A DNA stretch of 64,000 bases from positions 21,886,001 to 21,950,000 of the forward strand of contig NC_082714.1 of NCBI RefSeq assembly GCF_030144855.1, given 5' to 3'. Below are positions 49,101 through 58,510 of this stretch, piece by piece. Every line of letters starts with the position of its first letter. Position 1 is the first letter of the stretch. Both the position numbers and the translations under genes were made by a program. The notes below the pieces were generated by a model that was not told where the DNA came from, did not search any database, and saw only the letters and a list, made by a program, of their open reading frames with translations. The DNA comes from Hypanus sabinus (taxonomy: Eukaryota).

Positions 49101-51796
49101 TGAAATACTTTTTGTTCACAACCATCCATGAAAACAGGGGAGTGCCCCAAGGATGAATGACAGATAAATATTAGAACTCCGAAGTTCCTCCTTCCCATGC
49201 GTAAGCGGCAGCGAACTACAATCCCCCTCCCCCCACCAGCAAAAATAAAGCACCTGCTGCCAGCACTCGAGCGTGAGCAAAGCAATAGCAAAGACACAGA
49301 CTTGCAGTTACCCGACAACATTGTTCACCCGATAATTCAACATGCTGCAGTCTCTCTCCCCCCCCCCCCCTCCCCTGAGAAGGGGGAAAGAGATGATTCC
49401 ATTTTCCAGACATAACAAACAACTCGCTGGTTTATGATGTTAAAAGTCTGTTACGTCATTTTTTTTAGCCCTGTGCCTGAAGATTGCAAAGATCTCGGGT
49501 CCCCAGGCACACAGCAGATGTTCCAACTCCCCCAATGACACACGGGTCTCCTGTGGTGATACCGACCCTTGATCCGCCTGTCTCCAGTTCCTCGAGATCC
49601 CAGGCTTCGGAATCCGAGCCGAATCTTAGGCCGAGACTTTGGCTGCCGAATAACGACCAATTGTGGAACCCCGAGAGTGGGTCCCATTCCTGCAAAGAAC
49701 CATAGTCAGAGTGTAACTCCAGGTCAGGGTCTTCAAAAGAACCCTGAAAGGGAAAAATAGAGATATTAAAGATGGAAATAGAACTGTTTTCGAAGATGCA
49801 AGCAAAGGAGTCGCTGTTGGGCGCCATAACTACTTAACTCTGCCTCCGTTTCGTTCCTACCCATTTTACACAATTATTTCAAACTCTTTCTGCTTGCTTC
49901 TAATTATTGCTGCAAGCATGGTGATCTCTGTGGTTGTTAAGCAGATGAGAACTCCTTCAGGTGCTTTATGTAACAAATTTTGAAGAGTTGTTGGGCTAAG
50001 AAGCTAAACCATAATAGCATTGATGAAGTTTTCCTGCTTAGATTAGTATTGTAATTTGCCATTGAAAAGTAGTGGAAAAGTTAATTCAGCACACTAATTA
50101 CAGTTAAGATTTGGTCATTGTTATGCCAGCACCAGTAAAATAGAATGATCCTCAATTATAACTATTTCAGAGCTTTTGCCAAACTCTCACTTACTTTTTG
50201 GGATACATGTTTTTTGCTGTCTATGCTGTCTTTTCTAAAGGACATCGTGCCATTCTGTAACAAAATGCTCATGATGCATTTCACACCAACTTTATGATTT
50301 GCAAAATTTGGCTCATAAAACATTTTCCAGGAGCACATCCCTTTTGTATTTTGACAAATAGCTGTTACTGATTACAGAACATAGAAATCTACAGCACATT
50401 ACATGCCCTTCAGCCCACAGCTGACCATGTAACCTACTCTAGAAGCTGTTTTAGAATTACCTTACCACATAGCCCTCTATTTTTCTAAGCTCCATGTACC
50501 CTATTGTATCCACCTCTGCCACTGTTGCTAGCAGTGATTATGGCAACTTAATTTTCAATATTTAACATATATAATGCAACCATGGGTGAGAATGATTAAT
50601 CTATGAGACTGCTGAACAGTTAACTCTTATGTAAACTTGTTAACAGCTTTAAACTTTTGAAACAAAATTCACTAGAGTTGTATGAAACAATTGGTTTATT
50701 AATTACTTCAACCACTAACTGACCTTGGCCTTGAAGGTGAATTTGTACTGATTTTGATTTTGAAAGTTACCATTCATGTCTGTAGATTAGAACTGGAATA
50801 TACTGTGTATTGGATTTCAATGCTCTTATGGCTGGTCATAAGGAAATGCAGGAGATGGTAGAAATTTTTTACGAGCATGTCAACAGTTAAATCAGCATCT
50901 TAAGTTTATCTGTTCTGTGAATTTACAGGTATAATCTATCTTTATAGTCCAAAGGTATAATTTTCCTTAAATTTTAGTGCCATCATTGGCTTTTTTAACA
51001 CAGTTACAACCATGTTCTATGACTATTACACATAACAATAATTGACTTCCAGAACAATTTATTGTACCCACAAGTGATTCTTTCATTATCAGGTATTTTA
51101 CAGGGAAACTTCAAGCCTGACTTCCTGTTGAAACATGTACAAAAGGACCTCAGGCTAGCTATTGCTATGGGTGATTCTGTCAATCATTCAACACCAATGG
51201 CTGCTGCGGCCAATGAAGTAAGTTCTAGACATGTTATGCCCCGATATTTGTTTGCGAATCAAATTGGTTAATGTGGTTTCTACCTGGTGATGACTTCTGA
51301 GATTATTTCTACCATTCAGACCATCTCCGAGCATCTAAAAATGTTAGTGATCTGAAGAGGCAATATTATTAGTAGTATTAATAGCCTGAACTGAATTGAT
51401 CATAAATAGTTTATTAATTAAACATTGTTTCTCTGTACCAACATAAGCAGTTTCCACGATGCTTTTACCTGTTAAAAGCAAGCTTGAATTTATGTTCAGC
51501 TTGTCTGAATGGAATTTAAGAATGAATTTGCTTTTGTCCTATTTTGTGGCTGATTAATACAGTATTTGAAACCAGTGCAGTTATTTTCTTCACGATTCCT
51601 CATGGCCTCTTAGCATTCTTACTGAATAATAGTTTAAAAAACTTGTTTGAGGGAATTTTGGGGATATTGCTCTTTTCAGTTTTAACATTAATTTCAATCT
51701 TTTATTTGTTTTTTCTTCTAGGTGTTTAAAAAAGCAAAGGCCTTGGACCAATCTGAAAATGATATGTCTGCAGTGTACCTGGCCTGCAACCAGTGA
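4101..51796 (+). CDS. GLYR1: GLYR1 / N-PAC / NP60 (cytokine-like nuclear factor, glyoxylate reductase 1 homolog); complete 16-exon CDS, 504 aa
   Basis: join(4101-4138,4259-4295,6056-6135,8224-8347,14892-15023,17090-17158,29613-29666,34484-34534,35132-35205,39613-39712,42761-42871,43427-43528,47714-47876,48613-48792,51093-51217,51722-51796) = 1515 nt. All introns GT-AG, phases consistent, no internal stops. PWWP, AT-hook, [11 protein letters not shown] and dehydrogenase-fold motifs are present. Confidence 0.95.
4259..4295 (+). CDS. GLYR1: GLYR1 exon 2 ([16 protein letters not shown] signature)
   Basis: Polypyrimidine tract plus TAG acceptor; donor AAG|GTGAGT; 37 nt. Confidence 0.96.
6056..6135 (+). 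CDS. GLYR1: GLYR1 exon 3 ([27 protein letters not shown])
   Basis: AAG acceptor; donor CA|GTAAGT; 80 nt; PWWP domain sequence. Confidence 0.96.
6600..6835 (-). mobile_element. RTE-related SINE/LINE-end fragment
   Basis: (TTC)n tail at the left end and a GC-richer body resembling RTE-associated short elements. Confidence 0.35.
7170..7960 (+). mobile_element. Rex1/Babar-type LINE 3' portion (frameshifted RT C-terminus)
   Basis: Peptides [18 protein letters not shown]...[30 protein letters not shown]; tail ending gatattaaacatgattct. Confidence 0.75.
8224..8347 (+). CDS. GLYR1: GLYR1 exon 4 ([41 protein letters not shown])
   Basis: CAG acceptor; donor AAG|GTAAGG keeps frame with exon 5; PWWP C-terminal helices. 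Confidence 0.92.
9010..9510 (-). mobile_element. V-SINE-like element with a nested insertion
   Basis: Core gtacgtctttggactgtgggag; collinear with the uninterrupted copy at 58280-58510. Confidence 0.7.
9103..9299 (+). mobile_element. Nested tRNA-derived SINE with TSD
   Basis: tRNA-like head, A-rich tail, TSD aattataggaca (9091-9102) / aatcatagggca (9300-9311). Confidence 0.65.
12015..12370 (-). mobile_element. CR1 LINE 3' end
   Basis: Peptide RGHNFKV...[19 protein letters not shown]. Confidence 0.7.
13123..14275 (-). mobile_element. CR1 LINE, 5'-truncated (RT C-terminal half plus 3'UTR)
   Basis: [25 protein letters not shown]; [12 protein letters not shown]; [11 protein letters not shown]; frameshifted. 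Confidence 0.9.
14892..15023 (+). CDS. GLYR1: GLYR1 exon 5 ([10 protein letters not shown]...[14 protein letters not shown]-hook)
   Basis: TAG acceptor; donor AAG|GTTAGT; 132 nt; AT-hook KRGRPPK. Confidence 0.9.
15250..17030 (-). mobile_element. CR1 LINE, decayed and internally deleted
   Basis: [23 protein letters not shown]; [14 protein letters not shown]; LNWRQAN. Confidence 0.85.
17090..17158 (+). CDS. GLYR1: GLYR1 exon 6 ([23 protein letters not shown])
   Basis: CAG acceptor; donor AAG|GTGAGA; 69 nt, phase 0; resembles human [24 protein letters not shown]. Confidence 0.85.
18193..18691. mobile_element. Fold-back Penelope-derived element with two inverted hammerhead motifs
   Basis: ~110-bp inverted arms (about 18225-18336 / 18582-18692); candidate TSD tagacattgatga (18180-18192) / tagatattaatga (18692-18704). 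Confidence 0.75.
18595..18632 (+). ncRNA. Minimal type I hammerhead ribozyme motif (Penelope type)
   Basis: CAGTC-CTGACGA-AGG(gacttgg)CCT-GAAA-CG-TT-GACTG: stem I CAGTC/GACTG, intact CUGAnGA and GAAA core boxes, palindromic AACGTT in place of stem III. Confidence 0.6.
18860..19315. mobile_element. Penelope-like element end with internal inversion
   Basis: ORF C-terminus-like (P)[10 protein letters not shown] at ~19095-19130, its inverted copy at ~19035-19056, degenerate hammerhead at 19216-19255, family tail gatgctgtctggcctgctgagttc. Confidence 0.6.
20276..21023. mobile_element. Tigger/pogo-like non-autonomous DNA transposon
   Basis: Imperfect TIRs cagggattccagttaattgg / ccagttaactagaatccatt, with subterminal ttaattggg repeats at both ends. 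Confidence 0.55.
21150..21430 (+). mobile_element. Penelope-like element 3' end (degenerate hammerhead 21333-21370)
   Basis: Pyrimidine-rich body, aagggtctcagccagaaacatcaactg, tail gatgctgcctggcctactgagttcctccagcattttgtgtg. Confidence 0.7.
22120..22790 (+). mobile_element. CR1 LINE 3' fragment
   Basis: aagtgtgaagtgttgcattttggg...; decayed RT C-terminus; (TG)n microsatellite inside. Confidence 0.7.
22795..22960 (-). mobile_element. Penelope-like element 3' end inserted into the CR1 tail
   Basis: gaactcagcaggccaggcagcatc tail; degenerate hammerhead 22865-22902. Confidence 0.65.
25538..26987 (-). mobile_element. Tc1/mariner IR/DR-type transposon, decayed
   Basis: Transposase N-terminus [45 protein letters not shown]. 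Inner inverted repeats aaaaagtatgtgaac (~25585) / gttcacatacttt (~26780). Right end ...ttctagcaccactg. Confidence 0.85.
27440..27990 (+). mobile_element. CR1 LINE 3' fragment
   Basis: ctgaggctttataag..ggtcaggc..ttgga; ggagttcagaagcatgaggggagatct. Confidence 0.7.
28580..29305 (+). mobile_element. CR1 LINE 3' end
   Basis: [12 protein letters not shown]...[26 protein letters not shown]; tail ttctatgtttcta. Confidence 0.85.
29613..29666 (+). CDS. GLYR1: GLYR1 exon 7 ([18 protein letters not shown]; LSD2/KDM1B-stimulating peptide)
   Basis: CAG acceptor; donor AAG|GTAAGA; contains [11 protein letters not shown]. Confidence 0.94.
30849..31750 (-). mobile_element. Tc1-like transposon, 3' half
   Basis: End cagtgccttgtaaaagtattca, with direct repeat aaaagtattcatcccc at ~31027; catalytic-domain peptide [11 protein letters not shown]...LEWP. 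Confidence 0.85.
31936..34075 (-). mobile_element. CR1 LINE, ~2.1 kb decayed
   Basis: [40 protein letters not shown]; [16 protein letters not shown]. Confidence 0.88.
34484..34534 (+). CDS. GLYR1: GLYR1 exon 8 ([17 protein letters not shown])
   Basis: CAG acceptor; donor GAG|GTATTC; 51 nt; aligns to human PAVCYQAITKKLKICEE. Confidence 0.82.
35132..35205 (+). CDS. GLYR1: GLYR1 exon 9 ([25 protein letters not shown])
   Basis: CAG acceptor; donor AG|GTAAGG; 74 nt. Confidence 0.94.
36290..37030 (+). mobile_element. Old CR1 LINE fragment
   Basis: ggaccccagctgtttacaatt..atcaatgatttaga; aagaatgaggagtgatct. Confidence 0.6.
39613..39712 (+). CDS. GLYR1: GLYR1 exon 10 ([33 protein letters not shown]; Rossmann GxGxxG)
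   Basis: CAG acceptor; donor AAG|GTATGG; 100 nt; dinucleotide-binding motif. Confidence 0.96.
40422..42558 (+). mobile_element. RTE (BovB-like clade) LINE with inverted 5' segment
   Basis: Plus strand: [45 protein letters not shown]. Minus strand 40422-~40995 encodes upstream ORF sequence. (CTA)3 tail; candidate TSD. Confidence 0.85.
42761..42871 (+). CDS. GLYR1: GLYR1 exon 11 ([37 protein letters not shown])
   Basis: CAG acceptor; donor GAT|GTAAGT; 111 nt. Confidence 0.96.
43427..43528 (+). CDS. GLYR1: GLYR1 exon 12 ([34 protein letters not shown])
   Basis: CAG acceptor; donor CAG|GTGATT; 102 nt. Confidence 0.96.
44000..46590. mobile_element. Cluster of nested CR1 fragments in both orientations (minus copies 44590-45040 and 45290-45860 inside an older plus copy)
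   Basis: [24 protein letters not shown]; [34 protein letters not shown]. Confidence 0.75.
47406..47455 (+). repeat. Perfect 25-bp tandem duplication
   Basis: aaaagtgaatgttaggacatctgca repeated twice. Confidence 0.95.
47714..47876 (+). CDS. GLYR1: GLYR1 exon 13 ([34 protein letters not shown]...KSFYLG)
   Basis: TAG acceptor; donor G|GTAGGT; 163 nt; beta-HAD (D/E)APVSG motif. Confidence 0.96.
48613..48792 (+). CDS. GLYR1: GLYR1 exon 14 ([19 protein letters not shown]...FLDQKCQ)
   Basis: CAG acceptor; donor A|GTAATA; 180 nt; inside track ORF 48579..48806. Confidence 0.95.
49053..49827 (-). mobile_element. Young non-autonomous retroelement (family unassigned)
   Basis: CpG-retaining, GC-richer block. 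The minus strand starts ATGGCGCC and ends ...ctgacattaaattgtacctttgaaa, resembling Rex1/L2-type ends. Confidence 0.5.
51093..51217 (+). CDS. GLYR1: GLYR1 exon 15 ([41 protein letters not shown])
   Basis: CAG acceptor; donor GAA|GTAAGT; 125 nt; FxxxxxxKDL motif. Confidence 0.96.
51722..51796 (+). CDS. GLYR1: GLYR1 exon 16, coding part ([24 protein letters not shown])
   Basis: TAG acceptor; stop TGA at 51794-51796. Confidence 0.95.
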   Translation: MFKKAKALDQSENDMSAVYLACNQ

Positions 51797-54710
51797 CTTA
51801 CAATCTTTTAATTGTTTCTTTTAAAATTTTGGGGCCATTTAATTTGATTTTCATGTTTCTCATTATCAGTAAATGCTTTATTTTTCCATACTGGCCATTG
51901 TAAATATGTCCCTCTGGTAATTTGAGGATCAAATTGCCTATACCCAGCCAAATCTTGTTAATGCACTGACATGGCACTTCTTGAGACTAAAATGAGTGTG
52001 TGCCAACCATCTGCTGCTTTTCTTTGTAATTTTGTTAAGATGGTATAAGGAGTTTACTTATGGAATAATAGGTTGTTAACAAAGGTCTATGCTGGTGTTA
52101 ATCCTTTACATTTTTTATTGGTTTGGTTAAATTCCTCCTGATATAAATGTTGATACAAATTCCAAGCTGGTCCTGCATGTTACCATCAACATTATTGAAT
52201 ATCATGTAATAAGGGACAGATGTGCAAAATTCATGAAGAAATATCAGGACACTGAAAAGGAAAGTGGAATACTTAAGCAGCTTAAGACCTATATGGTGTA
52301 CTCTGATAATCCCAGCAATTCAAGAGTCTGTTGTGTATAATAGAAAATGGCTATCTAGTACAGAATGAAACCTTTCATTAGTGTCTTGCTTAAAGTTTCC
52401 CCTGTGATTTGTACTTTAGAAAAAAGATGAGCTCAAGTAGGAAGAAAAGTGAAAGACTGCACAGCTTTTAAACCAGACTGTTAAGTCCAATTGTGACCAA
52501 CAATTGTTTTACATGCAATGATGTTTTTGTTTGTTGCTTTTCAAATGAAAATGTTCCTGATATTTCTGAATAAGTTTTCCAAAGGAAAAAATATATTTTG
52601 CTGCCTTGCAATTGGCCATCCCTTTGTGCTTTTAATGATGATGTGGTCGGTTTGACCTCTGTTTATTTTCCTCAGTCTCAAATCTGTAGGAACCCAGCAG
52701 GAAAGTTTAGACTATTTAAATGGCAATGTGTGCAGAAAAGTTCTTTGTTTAGCATTTTTAATATCTATTTTCCATGCATGGTCCTATTCAAACTAAAATT
52801 ATTTTTTAAAATCTTGTATTTATTTACTTTTGATTTGAAAGCAATCTTTCCCTTGTCTAGAAACTGATATAAAAATTTATGCAAACATGTCAGTGTTTTT
52901 GATTGATAACTGTGGGTCTTTGAGTTGACGTTGATGCTACTTGGGAATGCAAATTGAACGTGACACCATCTACTTTTAAATGCTTTTGTGTTACCATGGT
53001 TTTTCTGTTGCATGAAGTAGGTATGGAATGTAATATTGGTCACTTTACTGAAAGGCATGTGACCACTTTTGGCTGCACCAAAGCATGATGGTCAAATGTT
53101 CCACATGACCATGTTAATATATTGAACCTGAAGGAAAGTCAGAATCCATGAAGCTGCTTTTAATGTTTGTATGTTAAGCAGCTAGATATTTAGGCCCTAG
53201 ATCTCTGATTGAAAAGGAATACAAAAATTGAAAAAGAAATATGACATTGATATTGCATGCATATCTTTGATTGTTAGCACCCCACAAGAGTGATAGCTGT
53301 ATTGCGGTGGTTTAGATTCTGCCCAGGAAACAACTTCGAGGAACATCTCTTGCCATCAAAGAATACTTTTTGCTTTTATGCGAACTCTATCTTGCATGCT
53401 CAGAAGTAAAAGTCTACTTTCTCAAGTAGTGAGAATGGAACCTTTTTGTTAGCTTTGTTGTGGTACTTTTCACAAAAATAATGTTTTGGGATTAGTCTCC
53501 AATCCAGGGTTCCAACTTCTGTCCGTTATCAAGCTTGGAAGTCCTTAAGAGAGATGTTATACATAGAAGCAGGCTATGTGGGAAAGTTATGTTTACTTTA
53601 AGTGTTGATTGGGGTTTTTCTGGAAGTTATTGTCAGATCGGCTTGAAACATAAATGGAAATAAATCTTTCAACTTGTTGAGACCGTGTGAGATTAATAAG
53701 CAACTTCCATTTTTAAATTAAATGATATTGGGTAATGGCATAGTTCATCATTTGGAAGGTTGTACTGGCTTTTGTTCAAGCAAACATTTTATGGCAACAT
53801 GTCAAGCGTGAGATTATTGTACATCATGAGTGCATTAAAGATTGTGAATAGAACCACGCTGAATTCTAATGGCGCTGTGAAGTAATTTCTCTATTTGATA
53901 TTTCAAAAATATAAGAACAAGATTTCAAGTCATATTAAAATACAGACTAACAATCATTAATGGCCTTTTGCATCATATTTCTGTATTATAATTTAACATT
54001 TGGAAAGAATTTATTTAATTGTGATGTGATTAATGATTCCTGAATAGTTTTCTTGCACGACCATTGTGCTTCCACTTTGCATCAAAGGTTGTTTTCTTGA
54101 GTTATTAAAGGATGCCTTGCAATGCTGAGTGATCTGTGTCTGTGATAGAGAGCGGTACATATCTAGTGCTACAGTTTCACAAAAATAACCTTTACTATAG
54201 TTTTAAAACTACCTGGAAACGCACTCCATGACTGAATGACATAATTTATGTTCATTTAAGATCTATTCGATAGGATTTGCAATGAGATTATTTGCACAAA
54301 CCTGGAGAGTTTAATCTTCAGAAAAACACCATTAATTTGTTATCACTGGCTAGCCTTCTGCAAAGATTTTGAATAAATAGCTACAGATAAAAACATGAAT
54401 TCTGTAATGAACGTGTACACAAACTGTGATATTTTTGTGAATTTATTGTACCTTTCTCTGCTCTTTGTAGCCTGAACTTAAACTGCATCAAATCTATACT
54501 ATCCAAGCATTGCATTTTTATACCGCTTATGGTATTTCATTTTAAGATCAATATTGAGAAATTGGCTATTTTTATGGATCCATAACTATTTTGTTATGTA
54601 CACAATTGTATAAAATCTGTCAAATTAGTGTTTGAAAGTGTAGTGGATATTTTTTTTTAAATAAGTTTCAGTCTAGCTTGGTCAATAAAAGCGGTTATTA
54701 TTCAGGAAAC
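51797..54710 (+). other. GLYR1: Probable long GLYR1 3'UTR
   Basis: About 2.9 kb of AU-rich sequence with no recognisable TE fragments, in contrast to the introns. It ends near AATAAA at 54684-54689. Confidence 0.5.
54684..54689 (+). terminator. Candidate distal polyadenylation signal of GLYR1
   Basis: AATAAA followed ~30 nt later by a T/GT-rich tract (ttgtatttttattttgatgt). Other AATAAA hexamers lie at ~53659 and 54372. Confidence 0.45.
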
Positions 54711-55959
54711 TGATTTGTAATTGTATTTTATTTTGATGTACAATGTAGAGCTATTAACTTTAAACATAAATGCCAAATAAACAGGCTTAATGATCAGCAA
54801 GGAACCTGAGACTATCAAGTAGAGATGAGAAGCACCATCAGATTTGGAAATAAATTTGGACGCAACATGTGTGTGAGAGAGAGGGGAACTAAATGGGAAA
54901 TACAACATCTAGAGTACTACTGCAGTATAAAGTAGTAAGTACAGTATTTCTCCACTCATTATTGGTTTTATCAACAGTTTCAGGACCCCACATTCTTTTG
55001 TTGATGGAGACACGGAAAACAACTTGAATGTGATTTAATGAAAGAACGGAACAAAACAATTAGAATATGGCCATTTGGTCCTTTGTAGGGCAGACGAGGA
55101 GAAATTGAACCCGAATCCATATCAGCTCTTGTATGATTCCTAGTTGTCCTGTGAATATTTGTCATGTTAATGTTGGAAGCAGAGGGGGTTTATTTTAGGG
55201 GCTGACATGAATCTGGAGCAGAGAGAAAAGCAACAGATGAAAGATTACATTTAAGAAGCTCAAGTAAGATCAAACATTTGGCTTGTTCCAGACTATATCT
55301 AATTATGTGATTATGCTAAATTTTTTTTTCATGCACAAGGACACTAAATCAAACATATCTTGCTGGCACCAACATTTAAAAAAACTTGTTCTAGAAATTG
55401 CTTTTGCAATGATTACTATTCAGTTGAATGTACAGTACAGTTCTCTGTAAGTACTTTGGGTACAAATGCTGTCTCGTGCAATGGAACTAGGTGACATGGA
55501 TCTGTAAAGGGTGTGGAAAAAAATCTGAATAGAGCACCATGTATATGTATTTTCCTACATATGCTTTTATTCTGTTGCCTTCTATAGTTGTGTATACTGT
55601 AATATCAAAACATCTTACCTACTGAGATAGTTGAAAATTTTAATTTGATGGACGGGAGTTAATTTTTCTAGAGAATAGCTTTTAAATAATGTTAAAGGCA
55701 CAAAGATTACCAGAAACTTAAGACGGTGTTAAGGAATCTTTGAAGAGTAATTGTGGGAATCCTTACTCCACTACCACTCCCCGTGGAAGTCTTTCCTCCA
55801 CCCGACAAGGCGAAATTAGACTGAGTGTGCCACTCAAGACTATTATGCACACATCCCGAGCTGAGTTTATGGCTGTTATAGCGGCCTCAAGCCACTTAAA
55901 ACCTACAGAACTAAAGTCGATGCATTTAAACTGTTTATTCAATTTCTAACATTATTGTG

Positions 55960-56945
55960 TTTGGTACTAGAAAACTACACTGTCTCCATTGTATCCTGGA
56001 TAATAGACTACCTGACCGGCAGATCACAGCTTGTGCAGCTTCACAGCTATATGTCAGACATGGCTATAATCGGCACTTGACCACACAGGGGACCGTGTTG
56101 ACTCCCTTCCTGTTTACGCTGTATACCTCGGACTTTAGATACAACACTGTTATGTCATCTGCAGAAATTCTCTGATGGCTCAATAATAGTTGGGTGTATA
56201 AAGGGAGGGGAAATACAGGGCCCTGGTGGAGGACTTGGGTAATTGGTGCCAGCTGAATCATCTGCAGCTCAACATCAGTAAGGCAAAGGAGACGGTGATG
56301 GACTTTAGGAAGGCTAAGCCTGCACTGCTCCCTCGTATTATTGACGGTGAGAATGTGGATGTGGTGAGAACCTACCGGTACCCGGGGGTGCATCTGGATG
56401 ACAGACTTGACTGGAGCACCAAAACAGAGGCTGTGTACAAGAAAGGCCAGAGACGCCTCTACTTTGGAGTATCCAGGCCTCTGCTGCACATGTTATACCA
56501 GTCTGTTGTCGCTAGTATCTTATATGCAATGGTGTGCTGGGGCAATGGTATCAATACAGGTGATACCAACAGGCTCAATAAACTGATTAGAAAGGCTGGC
56601 TGTGTGAGAGGAGTCACACTGGAGGCTGTGGTAAAATAAAGGATCCTACAGAAAATTCTGGACAATGTTGGCCACACACTTCATGTTACCTTGGTTGAAC
56701 AGAGAAGCACTTTTAATAATAGATTAAGACAACTGCGCTGCTCCAAAGAACACTATGAGGTCATTCTTACCATCAGCTATCGGCTCTATAATGAGCCAAC
56801 CTATCTGCGGGGATGTGTTGACTTGATAAACATTTTGAGGTAACTTATTATTCTTTCTTACTTCCCTTCTAATATTTGTATATCTGTGCGCTTGTAATGC
56901 TACTGTGACGTCGTAATTTCCTTTAGGATCAATAAACTATCTATG
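55960..56945 (+). mobile_element. Rex1/Babar-type LINE 3' portion
   Basis: QGTVLTPFLFTLYTSDF; WCQLNHLQLNISKAKETVMDFRK; YPGVHLDDRLDWS; tail aataaactatctat. Confidence 0.85.
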
Positions 56946-57199
56946 AGACAAATACAGAGCAGTGAAAGATCCCTGTAGGTCCTCAGTGGCAGAATTGTTG
57001 ACCTGAAATGGAGATGAGGCCGTAAAGGCTGGACGTCTGGATCAGCACAGCCAGCATTTAGTGTGCATGCATTGACCTGTAATATTGATTCTGTTTACCT
57101 CTCCACATTTGTCACTTAGGTCGGTAAAAGCAGCATTTCCGGCTTTGTTTCAGACTTGCAATTGCTTTCTTTACACTCAGACTGAAGATAGTGAGTTTA

Positions 57200-57340
57200 A
57201 AACTGACTCGAGTTTGCCGCGGGGGAACGTTATTCCACGTCCAGTTGGCGGCGGGGCCCAGTCAGTCAGGGAACAGCTGAGGGGGGCGGGAATGATTCAA
57301 CACGCGAAAAGCGGAAGTGGCTCGGGTCCTTCGGGAGGAG
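57200..57340 (+). promoter_or_regulatory. ROGDI CpG-rich promoter / 5'UTR
   Basis: CpG-rich patch with GC box GGGGCGGG (~57283-57290), ETS-type GCGGAAGTG (57311-57319) and YY1-like AGATGGCGG over the ATG. Confidence 0.7.
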
Positions 57341-57376
57341 ATGGCGGCGGCGAGTGAGGCGGAGCGGGCGGTGTTG
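57341..57376 (+). CDS. ROGDI: ROGDI exon 1 (MAAASEAERAVL)
   Basis: gagATGg start; donor TTG|GTGAGT; matches human ...AAERAVL; syntenic position downstream of GLYR1. Confidence 0.9.
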
Positions 57377-57789
57377 GTGAGTGTGCATCACCCCTTGGCC
57401 ACAGACAGAGCCGGCAACAGAGAGGGTGCGGAATGGAATGAAGGTTACCGGGAGTGGGTGCTGAATACCTGTTCCGATTAGGTCAAAAGGGAAGGGTGGA
57501 TGTAGCCGGGGCATAGGGGCCGATTGCTTCACTTGCACTCTGTGCTTATAGCCCATGGATCCAAAACCCCTGGACTTAAACGGTAACGTTTACGATGGTT
57601 ACGGTGAATTGACAAAGTGTAGATGCTGGAAATCTGAAATGCTTGGGATACTCGACGGGTCAGGCGACAGGCTGATGAAGGAGGCTTTGGCACGCTTGCC
57701 GCCTTCGGCCAGGGTATTGAATACAGTAGTTCAAACATTACGTTGCAATTGTGCAGATCGATGGCGATAACACACTTTGAATGTCGTCT

Positions 57790-58170
57790 GCTGTTCTGGC
57801 TGAAGAACAAAGCTGAAAAGGGTGCAGAGAACGTTCATGAGTATGTTACTGGAATTGAGTTATAAAGAGACGCTGTATGCTAGGATTTTTCCCCTTAGAG
57901 CGTTGGAGGCTTAAAATCTTGAGGACATAGATAAAGTGAGTGGGCACAGTCCATTTCCCAGCATAGGGAGTCTAAAACTAGAGGATATAGAGGGGAAAAT
58001 TTTGAAAGGGCAGAAGCTGTGGGAGCTTGTAGAGACATCTGGGTACTTACAGGGATAGAAAAGGTTCTGGTGGATATGAACCAAAGGCAGTCGAAAGGGA
58101 CTACATTGGGTAGACATCTCGGTTGGCCTGGGCAGGTTCGAACAAAAGGCCTGTTTCTATGTATGACTCT
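57790..58170 (+). mobile_element. CR1 LINE 3' fragment
   Basis: aagctgaaaagggtgcagaga; ttagagcgttggaggct; ggcctgtttctatg. Confidence 0.65.
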
Positions 58171-58279
58171 TATAAAGACACAGCTAACGTTTTGGTACCC
58201 ATTCATACAAACTAAATATGTTAGTATTTGTTAAAACTTCTCTGCTGTAGAGGAAATTGATAGCTGATGAGCATTTTTG

Positions 58280-58510
58280 ATTTGATTAGAGATACAACAT
58301 GGAATAGGTCTTTCAAGCCGTGCCACCCAGTAACCCCTGATCTCACCCTACCCCAATCATGGCCAGTTTTCAATGACCAATTAACTCTTCAACCTACACG
58401 TCTTTGGACTGTGGGAGGAAACTGGAGCACCCTGATGAAACCCCACGTGACTGTGGGGAGAACATACAGATCCTTACAGATGACATCAGAATTGAACTAC
58501 AATGCCCCGA
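58280..58510 (-). mobile_element. V-SINE-like element
   Basis: acgtctttggactgtgggaggaaactggagcacc core. Confidence 0.7.

Noticed and set aside
49197-49827. Cluster of overlapping ORFs on both strands
   Set aside because: By-product of the higher GC content of a repeat; no recognisable domains or splice support.
39613-51796. Separate HIBADH/6PGD-like metabolic gene
   Set aside because: The exons splice in frame with the PWWP exons and carry the N-PAC-specific Lys-to-Met change, so they are part of GLYR1.
57085-57810. Several 70-96 aa ORFs around the ROGDI start
   Set aside because: CpG-island ORF noise; only the 36-nt exon matches ROGDI.
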